A stretch of DNA of 45,324 nucleotides from Candidatus Parabeggiatoa sp. nov. 1 (GCA_003646175.1 QNER01000001.1:1-45324); one strand, 5' to 3'. Counted from the first letter of the stretch, positions 28,889 through 39,632 are shown. Numbers and translations are program-made. The notes: a model not told the origin generated them from the sequence alone.

Positions 28889-29490
28889 TGATGACACTTT
28901 ATTCAGACGGGATTTGCCCAGAAAATCATTGTGTGCGCTTGGTATTAGCAGAAAAAGACATTCACTTAGAATGCCAAATCATTAATTTCCAGAACCAACC
29001 AGAAGATTTACCAAACTTAAATCCTTATAATGAAAGTCTCACTTTTGTTGATCGTGAGGTCGTTTTGTATGAAGCACAAATTATCATTGAGTATTTAGAT
29101 GAACGCTTTCCCCATCCGCCATTAATGCCTGTCGATCCCGTCTCTCGTGCCAATAATCGCCTCTGTCGTTATCGTGTCCAACGTGATTTGTACAGCCACG
29201 CTCAGGTGTTACAACGGGGTAGCAACAAAAGAAAAGCAGCGACAGCCCGGCGAAAAATGCGAGAAAATTTGACTTCGTTAGCCCCTATCTTTGCACAAAC
29301 ATCCTATTTTATGTCTGACGAATACTCACTAATGGATTGCTACCTTGGATCTTTATTGTGGCGTTTGCCAATATTCTCGATTGAATTGCCCCGGCAAGCG
29401 AAACCTGTGCTTAGTTACGCTGATCGTTTATTCAATCGCGATGCCTTTCAAACTAGCTTAACCAAAATTGAACGGGAGATGCGTGCATGA
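28888..29490 (+). CDS. sspA: Stringent starvation protein A
   Basis: GST fold; IIIEYLDERFPHPPLMPVDPVSRA; lies after petC. Confidence 0.95.
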   Translation: MMTLYSDGICPENHCVRLVLAEKDIHLECQIINFQNQPEDLPNLNPYNESLTFVDREVVLYEAQIIIEYLDERFPHPPLMPVDPVSRANNRLCRYRVQRDLYSHAQVLQRGSNKRKAATARRKMRENLTSLAPIFAQTSYFMSDEYSLMDCYLGSLLWRLPIFSIELPRQAKPVLSYADRLFNRDAFQTSLTKIEREMRA

Positions 29491-29873
29491 CTTCAATGCG
29501 GCCTTACTTACTGCGTGCCCTGTATGATTGGATTGTTGATAATGGATTTACCCCTTATTTATTAGTGGATGCTGAGCATGAACAGGCCGAAGTACCTCGT
29601 CATTATGTCGAAAATGGTCAAATTATCCTGAATATTTCACCAACGGCGGTACAGGGTTTGACATTAGATAATGATTGGGTGAGTTTCAGTGCCCGATTTT
29701 CGGGCAGTGCTTTTTCGGTGTTTGTCCCACCTGCGGCTATCATGGCAGTTTATGCCAAAGAAAATGGCAAGGGGATGTTTTTTCAACATGAAGAAGCTGA
29801 TGAAACTTCGCCGGAACCTTCGCCTCCCCCCCCCCCTCGCCGTTCCAAACCAGTGCTTAGGCGGGTGAAATAA
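29487..29873 (+). CDS. sspB: ClpXP adaptor SspB
   Basis: RPYLLRALYDWIVDNGFTPYL, YAKENGKGM, C-terminal LRRVK. Confidence 0.95.
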   Translation: MTSMRPYLLRALYDWIVDNGFTPYLLVDAEHEQAEVPRHYVENGQIILNISPTAVQGLTLDNDWVSFSARFSGSAFSVFVPPAAIMAVYAKENGKGMFFQHEEADETSPEPSPPPPPRRSKPVLRRVK

Positions 29874-30183
29874 TCCGGTTCATATGGCCTGGCATCTCTA
29901 ACAGTTCTAAGGTGATGCCACGCATAATCACGGTCCCTTGCTGACGGTTGCTACCTTGTTCATAAAATTCAAATTGATAAGTTCTTTGCACACTGAACCT
30001 GCCACGACTATTGCGCTTTAAACGCACCCGCATCAAGGCAATCGTGTCATCTAATAATTGCAGATGTAACTGTCCACACGTTTGCTTGCAAATCGCTTTG
30101 GCAATTTCCTGACTGCGTTGCGTATCAAACCAAAACCATGCCACAATGCCGAGCAGAATAAGTAAAATGACAGAATTGATCAT
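29857..30183 (-). CDS. DUF3301-like membrane-anchored protein
   Basis: N-terminal TM helix, C..L.LQLLDDTI, YQFEF motif. Confidence 0.75.
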   Translation of the reverse strand: MINSVILLILLGIVAWFWFDTQRSQEIAKAICKQTCGQLHLQLLDDTIALMRVRLKRNSRGRFSVQRTYQFEFYEQGSNRQQGTVIMRGITLELLEMPGHMNRIISPA

Positions 30184-30439
30184 AGAGTATCGTGGTTAAC
30201 AAGAATATTGCGTCCAATACCGTTCTAAAATTTGTTGAACTGTGCGGTTTGTGCGGTTTGTAGGGTACCAATGCCGCATTGCTAATCCAGATGAAAACAA
30301 AGGTGAATTGGGTACATTCCCAAAAAACGGTGCATTTTTATAATTCATTGATTTATAACAATGGTCCAGCTTTTTAAGTTCATGTTCCTTAAGTTACATA
30401 AACTCTTCGCGATTTTATTATGGAACAATTAAATACAAC

Positions 30440-30604
30440 TTAGGAACGTGCATAATACAACTAGGGCAACCATATTCGAGGCAAAAGTTTTTCTAGAAAA
30501 ACGGATTCCGAGAAAGGATTGCCCCTACATGATATGAAGTCTCAAAGGGGTAATCCGTTGCTCCAACCCTTACGTTTCCTAAGTTATTTTATGCACGTTC
30601 CTTA
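30440..30604. mobile_element. MITE-like element
   Basis: AGGAACGTGCATAA...TTATGCACGTTCCT inverted ends. Confidence 0.6.
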
Positions 30605-31528
30605 GTCAAAAGGAAAGTCTTGGCGATTTTATTCACCTTGAATAGGTTGGAACGATGAACACTTCACCGAAAGGCATAAAAAACTGTCCGAAGTATTGAT
30701 TATAAAAGACTTTATTTTAAGTGCCCATAAGGCACCTAGTAAAATCAATGAGTTACATTGATTACCCGGAAAATAGGAACGCGCCCAGGTGAATTACACA
30801 CAGCCCACCCACCATGTTTTTCTGTTTAACTTTTTTAGGTGTTTTGGTGGGTTTTTGCAGGTAAAATTTTTTTAGGCGTTCAAAGTTCTAGTATTTGTTC
30901 AGTCATTCCGAAAAAAAGGAACCTTGAATCGTCTTACCCCCCTAAAAAAGGCTATTGGGGGATTAAATTGAAAAGTTCACGCCAAATTTCGCACCGTCAT
31001 ATCTTGAACCTTTGATTTGAGCATGTCATGGTTCTACGCAAAAGTTGACAGTTTCGCTCCAACTGGGGCAAAGATTGGATAATGTGTTTATATCGATTAC
31101 CAATTCCTGATGACTAACCCAAAGCTCAATTATAGACGTTCAGAAAAATATTTAGGGCAAAACCGTAAAGCTTGAAAAAACGCTTTACGGTTTCATTCTT
31201 AAATTATTATTCTTACAAACTATAGCGGCAGTGCTGAACCTTCGCAATTTTGCTGATAGCGAATAAAAAAACAATCAATGATGATTATATTCTAATAAAA
31301 AATTATTTTGACGTTAAACCATAGCAGATTCAGTACTTCACTTATAACTGACTGAAATTAATTATCTTAATAACCCATTCGTTTTGGCGAAGGTATTATT
31401 TATACTGAGCAAGGGAACAAATTTGACTTTTTGATAAACCCAAACAATAAAAAAAGCATTTTTTCTCTGTGTTCCTCTGTGTCAACTCTGTGCCCTCTGT
31501 GTGTATACCATTATGGAGTATTTTTAAA

Positions 31529-32920
31529 ATGAGAGCTTTCTTAATTTTTAGTCTAGTGATTGTCCTTACGGGGGTAGCAACGAGAATAAGGGCACAACAA
31601 TCGCCACCCAGTTTGGATAGCAAACAAGGTATTTTAAATTTGCCCCAAGTGATTGTGATACCCGAAAACTCGACATTTTCAGCGACACTGCGCCAGATCG
31701 AAAGTAGTGAACTCGTCCTAGAGCTTGACAGTATCACATCGATTAGTGGTTCCTTCAGTTACTATGATCCTAATAAAAAAATTCTCTATCTCCCAGCTCT
31801 CACAATAGGAGATGAAACCTACCAAAACGTACAATTTGAATTGGTAACACCCCAAACAGAGCCACTACGTTTTCGCATGGTTGCAGCCGATATTGACAAA
31901 ACAGCGCTAAAAAAAGTGTCCGCAACGGTGGAAACTAAACCGGTTCCCGCCAGTGGTGATGCGGCTGACGATCCGGCCATCTGGGTTCATCCGCTTGATC
32001 CGGCTAAAAGCACCATCCTTGGTACGCAAAAACAGGGAGGACTTGGGGTTTATGATTTAGCCGGCCAAGAAGTCCAGTATTTGGCTGATGGTAATATGAA
32101 TAATGTTGACCTTAAGTATAATTTTTCCCTTGGCGGTGAAAACGTTACCATAGTGGCAGCCAGTAATCGCAGCAACGATAGCATTGCCCTTTATAAAATC
32201 AATCCGGGTTCTCGCATGTTAGAGAATGTCGCAGCCCGCACTATTCGAATTGGGCTCAAACACGCTGCTTATGGTCTGTGCATGTACCACAGTAAGTTAT
32301 ATGACAAATACTATGTGTTTATCAATGACAAAAGTGGAGCCGTTGAGCAATGGGAAATCTTTGATAATGGTAGTGGGCTGGCCGATGCCACCCGTGTACG
32401 CAGTTTTGAAGTCAATTCGCAAGTCGAAGGCTGTGTGGCAGATGATGCGCTAGCTCATTTTTATCTTGGGGAAGAACGGGTTGGTATCTGGAAATTCAGT
32501 GCGGAGCCAGATGGTGGTTCTGCTGGCTATCTTATTGATACGACTGACAAAAACGGCAATATAACCCCAGAAGTGGAAGGATTGGCAATCTATTATGCGA
32601 GTGAAACTGAGGGTTATTTGATTGCCTCTAATCAGGGTAATAATACTTATACAGTTTACAATCGCGCTGGCGATAATGAATATCTTGGTAAATTTCAAAT
32701 TGTTGCTGATGAAACATTAAATATCGACAACGTTTATGACACGGATGGCATTGATGTGGTGAATGTGTCGTTAGGCGAGGCTTTTCCTTATGGTGTTTTT
32801 GTCGCTCAAGATGGTAAGAATATTGATCCGGAAGAAAACCAAAACTTTAAATTGGTGCCTTGGGAGTATATTGCCAAGGCGTTGAACTTAAAGATCGAGC
32901 CTTCATACAGCCCCCGGTAA
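31529..32920 (+). CDS. phy: Secreted beta-propeller phytase with an N-terminal extra domain
   Basis: GDAADDPAIWVHP, MNNVDL, YGLCMY, EGCVADD, TDGIDV, QNFKLVPW; start at MRAFL signal peptide. Confidence 0.9.
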   Translation: MRAFLIFSLVIVLTGVATRIRAQQSPPSLDSKQGILNLPQVIVIPENSTFSATLRQIESSELVLELDSITSISGSFSYYDPNKKILYLPALTIGDETYQNVQFELVTPQTEPLRFRMVAADIDKTALKKVSATVETKPVPASGDAADDPAIWVHPLDPAKSTILGTQKQGGLGVYDLAGQEVQYLADGNMNNVDLKYNFSLGGENVTIVAASNRSNDSIALYKINPGSRMLENVAARTIRIGLKHAAYGLCMYHSKLYDKYYVFINDKSGAVEQWEIFDNGSGLADATRVRSFEVNSQVEGCVADDALAHFYLGEERVGIWKFSAEPDGGSAGYLIDTTDKNGNITPEVEGLAIYYASETEGYLIASNQGNNTYTVYNRAGDNEYLGKFQIVADETLNIDNVYDTDGIDVVNVSLGEAFPYGVFVAQDGKNIDPEENQNFKLVPWEYIAKALNLKIEPSYSPR

Positions 32921-33230
32921 TTTTGGTTTCTAATTTCAAGTTTTTTATGCACAAAAATAGTCGGTTCGATGCCAAAGTTTTTGTACACAAAATTTTGGTA
33001 TCGAATTGGAAATTGGTATAGTTGCCAAAAAAAATTTGGTGCCAAACTGCTTCGCTATGCCTTCCTTATAAGGTTTTTACCGAAAACAAATTTTCTGGAG
33101 CCGGTATCGTAATGCTAGGGGAAAGGACGTGGGTAACCGGTGCAAATGGTTGAGAAACCTGCCATAGCGAAAAATAGCTCGAAACGCAGATGACGCACAT
33201 TTCACAATCAATAAATAAGTTTCTCAATCA

Positions 33231-33446
33231 GAGCCTCTTGCAAAACCCCAGGTTGACACCTGGGGCTATTCAAATTCAACCCCTACGGGGTTGAGAGTTT
33301 AAAAATAAATAGCCACAGGTGAAACCAGGGGCAACCCCGCAGGATGGGTTGATTGTCGATCCTCCTGGTGAAACCCGGTGCAACCCCGTAGGGGTTGAAT
33401 TTGAATAGCCCCAGGTAAAACCTGGGGAACGTTTTGCAAGAAGCTC
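33231..33446. mobile_element. MITE with 5-bp TSD carrying REP-like hairpins
   Basis: GAGCCTCTTGCAAAAC...GTTTTGCAAGAAGCTC; AATCA on both sides; internal CAACCCC(TACG/GTAG)GGGTTG hairpins. Confidence 0.85.
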
Positions 33447-33916
33447 AATCAGTTAAGGATTAATGCCTCATCCGTAAAATCCGTCATTCTGATCTTTAAA
33501 ATATATTTGTCCCTTAATAAGCTAAGTCGTTGATTTTATTAATTATTAATATCTAATGTTTTCAATGATTTACGTTTATTTAGGGACAAGTCTAATGAAC
33601 AACACACATCCATATAATCCATTGATTTTTAATAACCCCATGGGTTTGTAGAGACTACCTGAAAAACTTCCAAACCTCAGATGGTAGCTAGATATTATCA
33701 ACATCACGACTATCCAATCCGCCACTTTTTTTTGGGGTACTCGCTTTGAGGGTATTAATACTTGGAAAAGTTTTGTGTCAAACCTTCGAGGTTTGGTAAA
33801 CCTCGAAAGTTTTTACCAAAGAACAATTTATCAAACCCATACATCCCTTTTGGGGTACCCGTTAAAATGGTCAAACTGATAGTTGAAAGCCATAATGACT
33901 AATCACCAATAACCAA

Positions 33917-34852
33917 TTATCCCTCGGTAATTCTATCAATAAGTTCTTGCAAAATTTGCTCAGCATCATCGTTGGGCACTTGACAAGTCCCCGCGCCTTC
34001 ATGCCCACCGCCACCATATTCCAACATCAATTTACCAATGTTGATTTGGGAAGAACGCTCAACAATCGATTTGCCCACTGCCAACACGGTGTTTTGTTTT
34101 TGCAATCCCCACAAAACGTGAATGGAAATATTGCACTCTGGATACAGTGCGTAAATGACGAAACGATTAGTTGTAAAGATTTCTTCTTCATTACGCAAAT
34201 CTAGCACCACCAAATTTTTGTACACATTGGTGCATTTTTCAATCTGTTCCATTGAAGCTTTTTGGTGTTCAAAATACAAGTCAATACGCTCTTTGACATC
34301 GGGCAATTCTAAAATTTCATCAATGGTGTGTTTTTTGCAGTAATCAATCAGCACCATCATCAAATCATAATTAGAAATACGAAAATGTTTAAAACGCCCT
34401 AAGCCAGTACGGGGATCCATCAGATAGTTGAGCAGCACCCAATTTTGGGGTGCCAAAATTTCTTCACGAGTAAATTGAGCAGAATCGGCCTTGTCCACCG
34501 CAATAATCATTTCCTCGCTGATTTTGGGGAACGCATCCTTGCCACCATAATAATTGTAAACCACACGAGCGGCTGATGGGGCATTGGGGTCAAGAATGTA
34601 ATTGTCAGGGCGTTCTTTTTCTAAAATTCTGTAGGTTTCACTTTTGTGATGGTCAAAGACGAGATGAGCGCCCGGAGAATACGGCAAATTGGTGGTAATA
34701 TCATTGGCATCAATCGGAACTATCCCTAATTGCACATCCCTAGGGTGGGCAAATTTAATGTTCTCAATCAAATCCAGCTCTTTTAATAACACCGCGCAAA
34801 CCAATCCGTCAAAATCACTCCGTGTTACCAAACGGTATTTTTGTGCTGACAT
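33917..34852 (-). CDS. DHH-family phosphoesterase (exopolyphosphatase/nanoRNase-like)
   Basis: TRSDFDG, FDHH and GGGGH motifs. Confidence 0.9.
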   Translation of the reverse strand: MSAQKYRLVTRSDFDGLVCAVLLKELDLIENIKFAHPRDVQLGIVPIDANDITTNLPYSPGAHLVFDHHKSETYRILEKERPDNYILDPNAPSAARVVYNYYGGKDAFPKISEEMIIAVDKADSAQFTREEILAPQNWVLLNYLMDPRTGLGRFKHFRISNYDLMMVLIDYCKKHTIDEILELPDVKERIDLYFEHQKASMEQIEKCTNVYKNLVVLDLRNEEEIFTTNRFVIYALYPECNISIHVLWGLQKQNTVLAVGKSIVERSSQINIGKLMLEYGGGGHEGAGTCQVPNDDAEQILQELIDRITEG

Positions 34853-35460
34853 AGTTGACTTCTCCACAAGGCTTTTTAAGTCGCTAAAGCAACTGCCACA
34901 AGCTTCAGGCGTTATATAGTTCTAAAATTGTGTGTATTATACAGGTGTTTCAATGCACAGATAGGTTTGGCTCAAAATCTACCCTATCCTTAACATTAAT
35001 ATTAGAGTTGTCCGAAAATAAGGCTTTGATGAGTTTTACTAATTGTTTTTATTTGGTTAAAAAATGACGGACAAGTCTATTCAAATAATGAGGGAATTGT
35101 AAAACGGGTAATGGGTAATAGGTAATAGCTTTACTATACATGTAAATTTAAGGGTATGAAAAGCCATTACCAAAAAACCTAAAATTCACTTATTCCTCAT
35201 GGTATTGCCATGATTACCTATTAGCCATTATCCGTTTTTTTGAGGCTCTAACAACAACATATACTTAACCACTTAAATAAAATTGATTGAGCTTTTTTTC
35301 TTCAGTTTTCGCCGTTTATATATAAAAAACACCTTTTTTTTCGGTGCCCTTCTGGGGAACGAGGTGCCTTCTGTGTGTATAATAACAGAAAAGCCGTGTG
35401 GGGACAGTTATTGTGCAGTGGTTTTTTTCGTTCAGGTTTACCTTATACCCCCATCCTCCC

Positions 35461-36663
35461 TTAAATAGAGATGATTTCTTCCCGCCCAAAAGGATTATTG
35501 ACATCCACCCCCGGTGCTGTTTCCCAACCCAGATATTTTTCCATAGCCACTTTTACAAAATGATAATCCACTAAATCTTTAACCACAAATTCAGGATCAA
35601 GCCCTTTCAAAAATGTGGTATTACTTGTTACCAAAGTTTGCTTCATCGCCTTTACTAGAAAACGAGTCGCAGAAGGGTAAGGCCATGGTGAAAAGTCAAT
35701 ACGCCCATTGCCCCATGCCGCTTGATGTAAAATAGCCCCCGTATAAGTTCGGGTATCGTAACTGAGCATAGCGTGTTTAAGTACTTGAGCTGAAACCGGA
35801 ATATAGTTTTTACCTTCTTGTGACAGCGTGTGAGCCACTTCTTCTTTATTTTGTTGGGCATACACTTGCGCTCTGACAATCGCATTTATCACTTTTTGCG
35901 TAAACAAAGGTTTCGCTTTCACGGTGTTTTCATTCATGCAAACCACACAACAAGGATGGTTTTTCCAAATATCACCGGTAAAACGCAACATTCTCGCGCC
36001 TGCCACCCATTCACCTTTCGCATTAAGCGGCTCAGCAACAATATAAGCATCAATCGTTCTTGCCATTAAGGCATCAGGCATCACCGGCGGGGGTAGCAAG
36101 CGTAAATTGACTTCATCTTTGGCTAATGGCTCATCTTTATGCTTAAGTACCGGTTTAAGCAAGACATGTCGCAATGCTAGTTGCAACAAAATATTATGCA
36201 CAGAGTACCAATGAGGTACGGCAATCTGTTTGCCGGCTAAATCGCTAAATGATTGAATATGCGTATGTTTTCCAACCACAATGGCGGAACCATTAATATG
36301 CGCCCATGCCATGATTTTAACCGGGATTTTATGATTGTAGCGTAACCAAATAGGAATAGGTTTGAGGAAATGTACTAGGTTAAATTGACCTATAAAAAAG
36401 TACCGGACTAACTGTGCCCAACTTGATACCCTTGTGGGCGGTGCAACTTTTAAGCCTTCTTGTTCAAAATAGCCGTAGGCATGAGCAACTAATAACGCGG
36501 TGGCATCGGCAATGGGCAAATAGCCTATTTGTAAGATTTCAGACTCATCATCAAGCACATTTTTTGCCCAAACTTGATTTGGCAAAGCCAAGCCGGTTGC
36601 CGGGGTTGCCAGTGCATTAAGTAAAAAATCGCGGCGATTTAGATCAATGCTTGGTATTCTCAT
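35461..36663 (-). CDS. NrtA/CmpA-like ABC substrate-binding protein, Tat exported
   Basis: NRRDFL signal, IGYLPIADA, HINGS, WKNHPCCV; ATG at 36663. Confidence 0.85.
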   Translation of the reverse strand: MRIPSIDLNRRDFLLNALATPATGLALPNQVWAKNVLDDESEILQIGYLPIADATALLVAHAYGYFEQEGLKVAPPTRVSSWAQLVRYFFIGQFNLVHFLKPIPIWLRYNHKIPVKIMAWAHINGSAIVVGKHTHIQSFSDLAGKQIAVPHWYSVHNILLQLALRHVLLKPVLKHKDEPLAKDEVNLRLLPPPVMPDALMARTIDAYIVAEPLNAKGEWVAGARMLRFTGDIWKNHPCCVVCMNENTVKAKPLFTQKVINAIVRAQVYAQQNKEEVAHTLSQEGKNYIPVSAQVLKHAMLSYDTRTYTGAILHQAAWGNGRIDFSPWPYPSATRFLVKAMKQTLVTSNTTFLKGLDPEFVVKDLVDYHFVKVAMEKYLGWETAPGVDVNNPFGREEIISI

Positions 36664-37193
36664 TTCATGTCTCTCAAAGGGAATGGGTAATAGGTAACGG
36701 GTAATGGGAGAAATCAAAAGAATTCAAATTGGGTTTTCAACTTAAGGTGGGACACTTGTCATTTTTTTGTACGGAGAAATCTTGAATACCCTGATTCCTC
36801 GCATTCGCAAATAGTGTCACTTCGCTACGAGTTACAAAATTGGCGGTAATAAACATTGGCTCGAAGCTCAGGGTTTCACTGCTGTTGGGCTCTGGCTGGC
36901 AGCAAACACGTACCGATGCAAGCTCAGGAATCATTCCCCCATGACGGGACGTGGGCTGGAACTTCTTTACAATCGTTCCCAGCGGACAGAGACGAATCAA
37001 AATCCACGGCTCGCAGCGTCTTCATTATACTTACCACCGCCATAAATTGAGCTTTTTTAATTTGGAGAAAATAAGTATTTGAATTTTAATTAAAAATTAA
37101 ATTTAACTCGGTGTAACTCTGGGGAACGAAGTGCCCTGAGGTGTGTATACAAACTTTAGGATAAATCTTTATTACCTATTACCCATTCCTATT

Positions 37194-37838
37194 TCAAAAA
37201 AAGTCAAGTTTTATCAAATCAATCGCCGGATTTTCCCAATTTGTGGCAAGGTGGCAAACATAGTTTGGATCAATTTCTAGTTTTGTTAGAAACCAAACGG
37301 CATCATGGAGCGTGGCTTTATGCCCGTCGGTATGAATGTCTTGCAAAGGAATGGATAATCCGCGCCCATCAACTTTAATCACACTTTCCTTAATAGTCCA
37401 GTAATCGAAAAATTTTTCAGAAGATATCTGTGGCGTTGTGATGTCCGTCCATTGTTTGGGAGTCATGTAGTCTTGGAAATTGGACACCTTGAGAGTTGTT
37501 CTTATTCTTTCAATATCTATTCCTATCCGCCCTTGATGAGAAAAAGCACAAACAACGTACTCGCCTGAGTGTGAAATATTAAAATCACCGGTATTGTCAA
37601 TAAAGGGCCTCTTATATTTAGGCTCATATTGCAGTCGATTAAGACAATCGGTAGGATAACCCGCTTTAGACAAAGCCTTAAGCAAAAGTAATTTGCCAAA
37701 TAATGAGGCATGTTGATCTTGCCATCTTCTAAAGCGGTTAATTTTTTGTTGGAGGTTTTCGGGTAATTGGCTCAGGTAAGTTTGCCACTTGTCGGGGGGG
37801 AGTGGGATTTCAAAATGTGTGTAAAAGAGAGCAATCAT
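37194..37838 (-). CDS. Sfp-type 4'-phosphopantetheinyl transferase
   Basis: FNISHSG, IGIDIE, WTIKESVIKVDGRGL. Confidence 0.93.
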   Translation of the reverse strand: MIALFYTHFEIPLPPDKWQTYLSQLPENLQQKINRFRRWQDQHASLFGKLLLLKALSKAGYPTDCLNRLQYEPKYKRPFIDNTGDFNISHSGEYVVCAFSHQGRIGIDIERIRTTLKVSNFQDYMTPKQWTDITTPQISSEKFFDYWTIKESVIKVDGRGLSIPLQDIHTDGHKATLHDAVWFLTKLEIDPNYVCHLATNWENPAIDLIKLDFF

Positions 37839-37860
37839 GGTTTTTATAAATAAAGATAAT

Positions 37861-38394
37861 ATGTGTTACCTGACTCGTTATCAGGTTAAGGCTAGTATTT
37901 TGATTTTACTGATATTGTTAGTTTTGTCTTGTTCATCAAGTAATCAACAGAGTTCATCACCCACGACGGATTTGGAAAACAATTTAGTGGTTTCCCCTCA
38001 AATGGGAAAAAAACTTCCGAACGAGGTACCGGTTGACAAAAAATGGGTGTTTTCGCCTCAAATGGAAAAATCTCTTTCCAATGAAGCTGCGCTTGAAAGT
38101 ATTGAAATTATCATGCCTGAATATTTTCCGGTACAAGTTAACGTTATCGCTAGAGGTAGTTTACCAGATGATTGTACGACAATTGATCAAATCACTGAGG
38201 ATAAAGTCGGCGACACTTTGAGGGTTAAAATTATAACTGCCCGTCAAACTGGTAAGGTTTGTACCAAAGTCATGAAACCATTTGAAGGGGTTATTCCCCT
38301 TAATGTTGTAGGCCTGTCGGCCGGTATTTACACCGTCAATGTCAACAGCGTCGTTGATATTTTTGAGTTAAGTCGGGACAACCCCATTCCTTGA
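37861..38394 (+). CDS. Lipoprotein of unknown function
   Basis: Lipobox LVLS-C; C-terminal domain with a Cys pair (LPDDC...VCTKV). Confidence 0.7.
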   Translation: MCYLTRYQVKASILILLILLVLSCSSSNQQSSSPTTDLENNLVVSPQMGKKLPNEVPVDKKWVFSPQMEKSLSNEAALESIEIIMPEYFPVQVNVIARGSLPDDCTTIDQITEDKVGDTLRVKIITARQTGKVCTKVMKPFEGVIPLNVVGLSAGIYTVNVNSVVDIFELSRDNPIP

Positions 38395-38777
38395 TAGCCT
38401 ATTGGAGTCAACCGGCACATTTGCTTCAATGGTCGTCTTTTAGGAGTCCAAACTTTAGTTTGGACTTTATCTTAACGGAGCAAGGTGCACGATTTCTGGT
38501 TTATGAGTTGGGTGAGGCGAGTTTGCGTGAGTGTTTAAAGTTTGGAACAAATACAAAAACTTGCAAAACGATTTGATCTGCCGATTTCAATATTTATAGA
38601 TTAGGCTTATGGGCACCGTGGTTATTCAATGGGATAGGATAAATGGGTAATGGGCACTGGAGTCGTTCAATGGGATTGATTCAACTCAATGAGTTACTTT
38701 GATAAATGCCACGATAATTGAGCTTTTCCATTCAATGACTCCAGTGCCCAAGGATTATTTCTATAAAAAAGGATTAG

Positions 38778-39194
38778 TTAGTGTTCATAAAGTGTGAAAT
38801 CGTGATCGAACCAAAGTACATAAAATATTTCATGAATACGATAGCCAACCATTGGCTTTTTGCCGCTGAATCGAAAAGCCAGAAAATAGTTAAAATCTTC
38901 AGTAATATTTTTAGGAAGTGCTGTTTTTATACTTGATTTGGAAATTTTTTCTATCCCAAGTCCATGACGAGGTAAGTTTTTTATCTCTTTCCACGGAATA
39001 TTTCTTCTTTTAAAGATCGACTCAGCAAAAGCTGCCTTATCTTTCTGCTCAAGATTAGAAAAACAATAATAACCAGGCATAAGTCTTTCTAATGAAAAAA
39101 TGGGGGGCTTGCTGTCATAATCAACCGGCTCAATCTTGGAAAGTCTTTTTCCTTCATTTTCATTAGGTTGTGGTATGCTCTTTTTCTTAGGCAT
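38778..39194 (-). CDS. Putative RelE-like toxin partner of a Panacea antitoxin
   Basis: Basic 138-aa protein, FRFSGKKPMVGYR...FYVLWFDHDFTLY; directly abuts the Panacea gene. Confidence 0.65.
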   Translation of the reverse strand: MPKKKSIPQPNENEGKRLSKIEPVDYDSKPPIFSLERLMPGYYCFSNLEQKDKAAFAESIFKRRNIPWKEIKNLPRHGLGIEKISKSSIKTALPKNITEDFNYFLAFRFSGKKPMVGYRIHEIFYVLWFDHDFTLYEH

Positions 39195-39632
39195 TTACTT
39201 AACCCGTGTTTTAAAATAATCGGCCATTTCAGCCACCGAAATTTCGTTTGCATTGATTTCGTTGTTTACCCACGGTGGTTCGTCATGAGTCAGATTTCTT
39301 AGCTTCCAAGCACTAAATTGACCAAAAACCTCATACACTTCATCTAAAAACTCTATCAGCGATTGGCTAAAAAGCGAGCTTGGCTCAAAGTTCTTCGGTG
39401 CTGAAATAAGATTTCCGCCATGATTTTTATACTTATGATAGACCTCTGGACAAACGGGACCATGTCTCCATGCCTCAATTTTAGACTCAAATAAAGGCAG
39501 TTCAAATAAGGCTAAGTAAAAACCTTGAGCATAATAAAGCAATTTTTGCAGTTTCAAATTACAAATGCCGCTTTCTTCTTCATTATCTCCTTTTAGGAGA
39601 AAGTATTTTGCGATATCGTGAACATTAACCAT
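39195..39632 (-). CDS. Panacea-domain (DUF4065/SocA) antitoxin
   Basis: NLKLQKLLYYAQG, EAWRHGPV, SAWKLRNLTHDEPPW. Confidence 0.9.
   Translation of the reverse strand: MVNVHDIAKYFLLKGDNEEESGICNLKLQKLLYYAQGFYLALFELPLFESKIEAWRHGPVCPEVYHKYKNHGGNLISAPKNFEPSSLFSQSLIEFLDEVYEVFGQFSAWKLRNLTHDEPPWVNNEINANEISVAEMADYFKTRVK

Noticed and set aside
31469-31528. Phytase N-terminal extension
   Set aside because: Derived from CTCTGTG repeats; the signal peptide starts at 31529.
36840-37045. 6S RNA or a known riboswitch
   Set aside because: No motif I can match by eye; kept only as an unassigned candidate.
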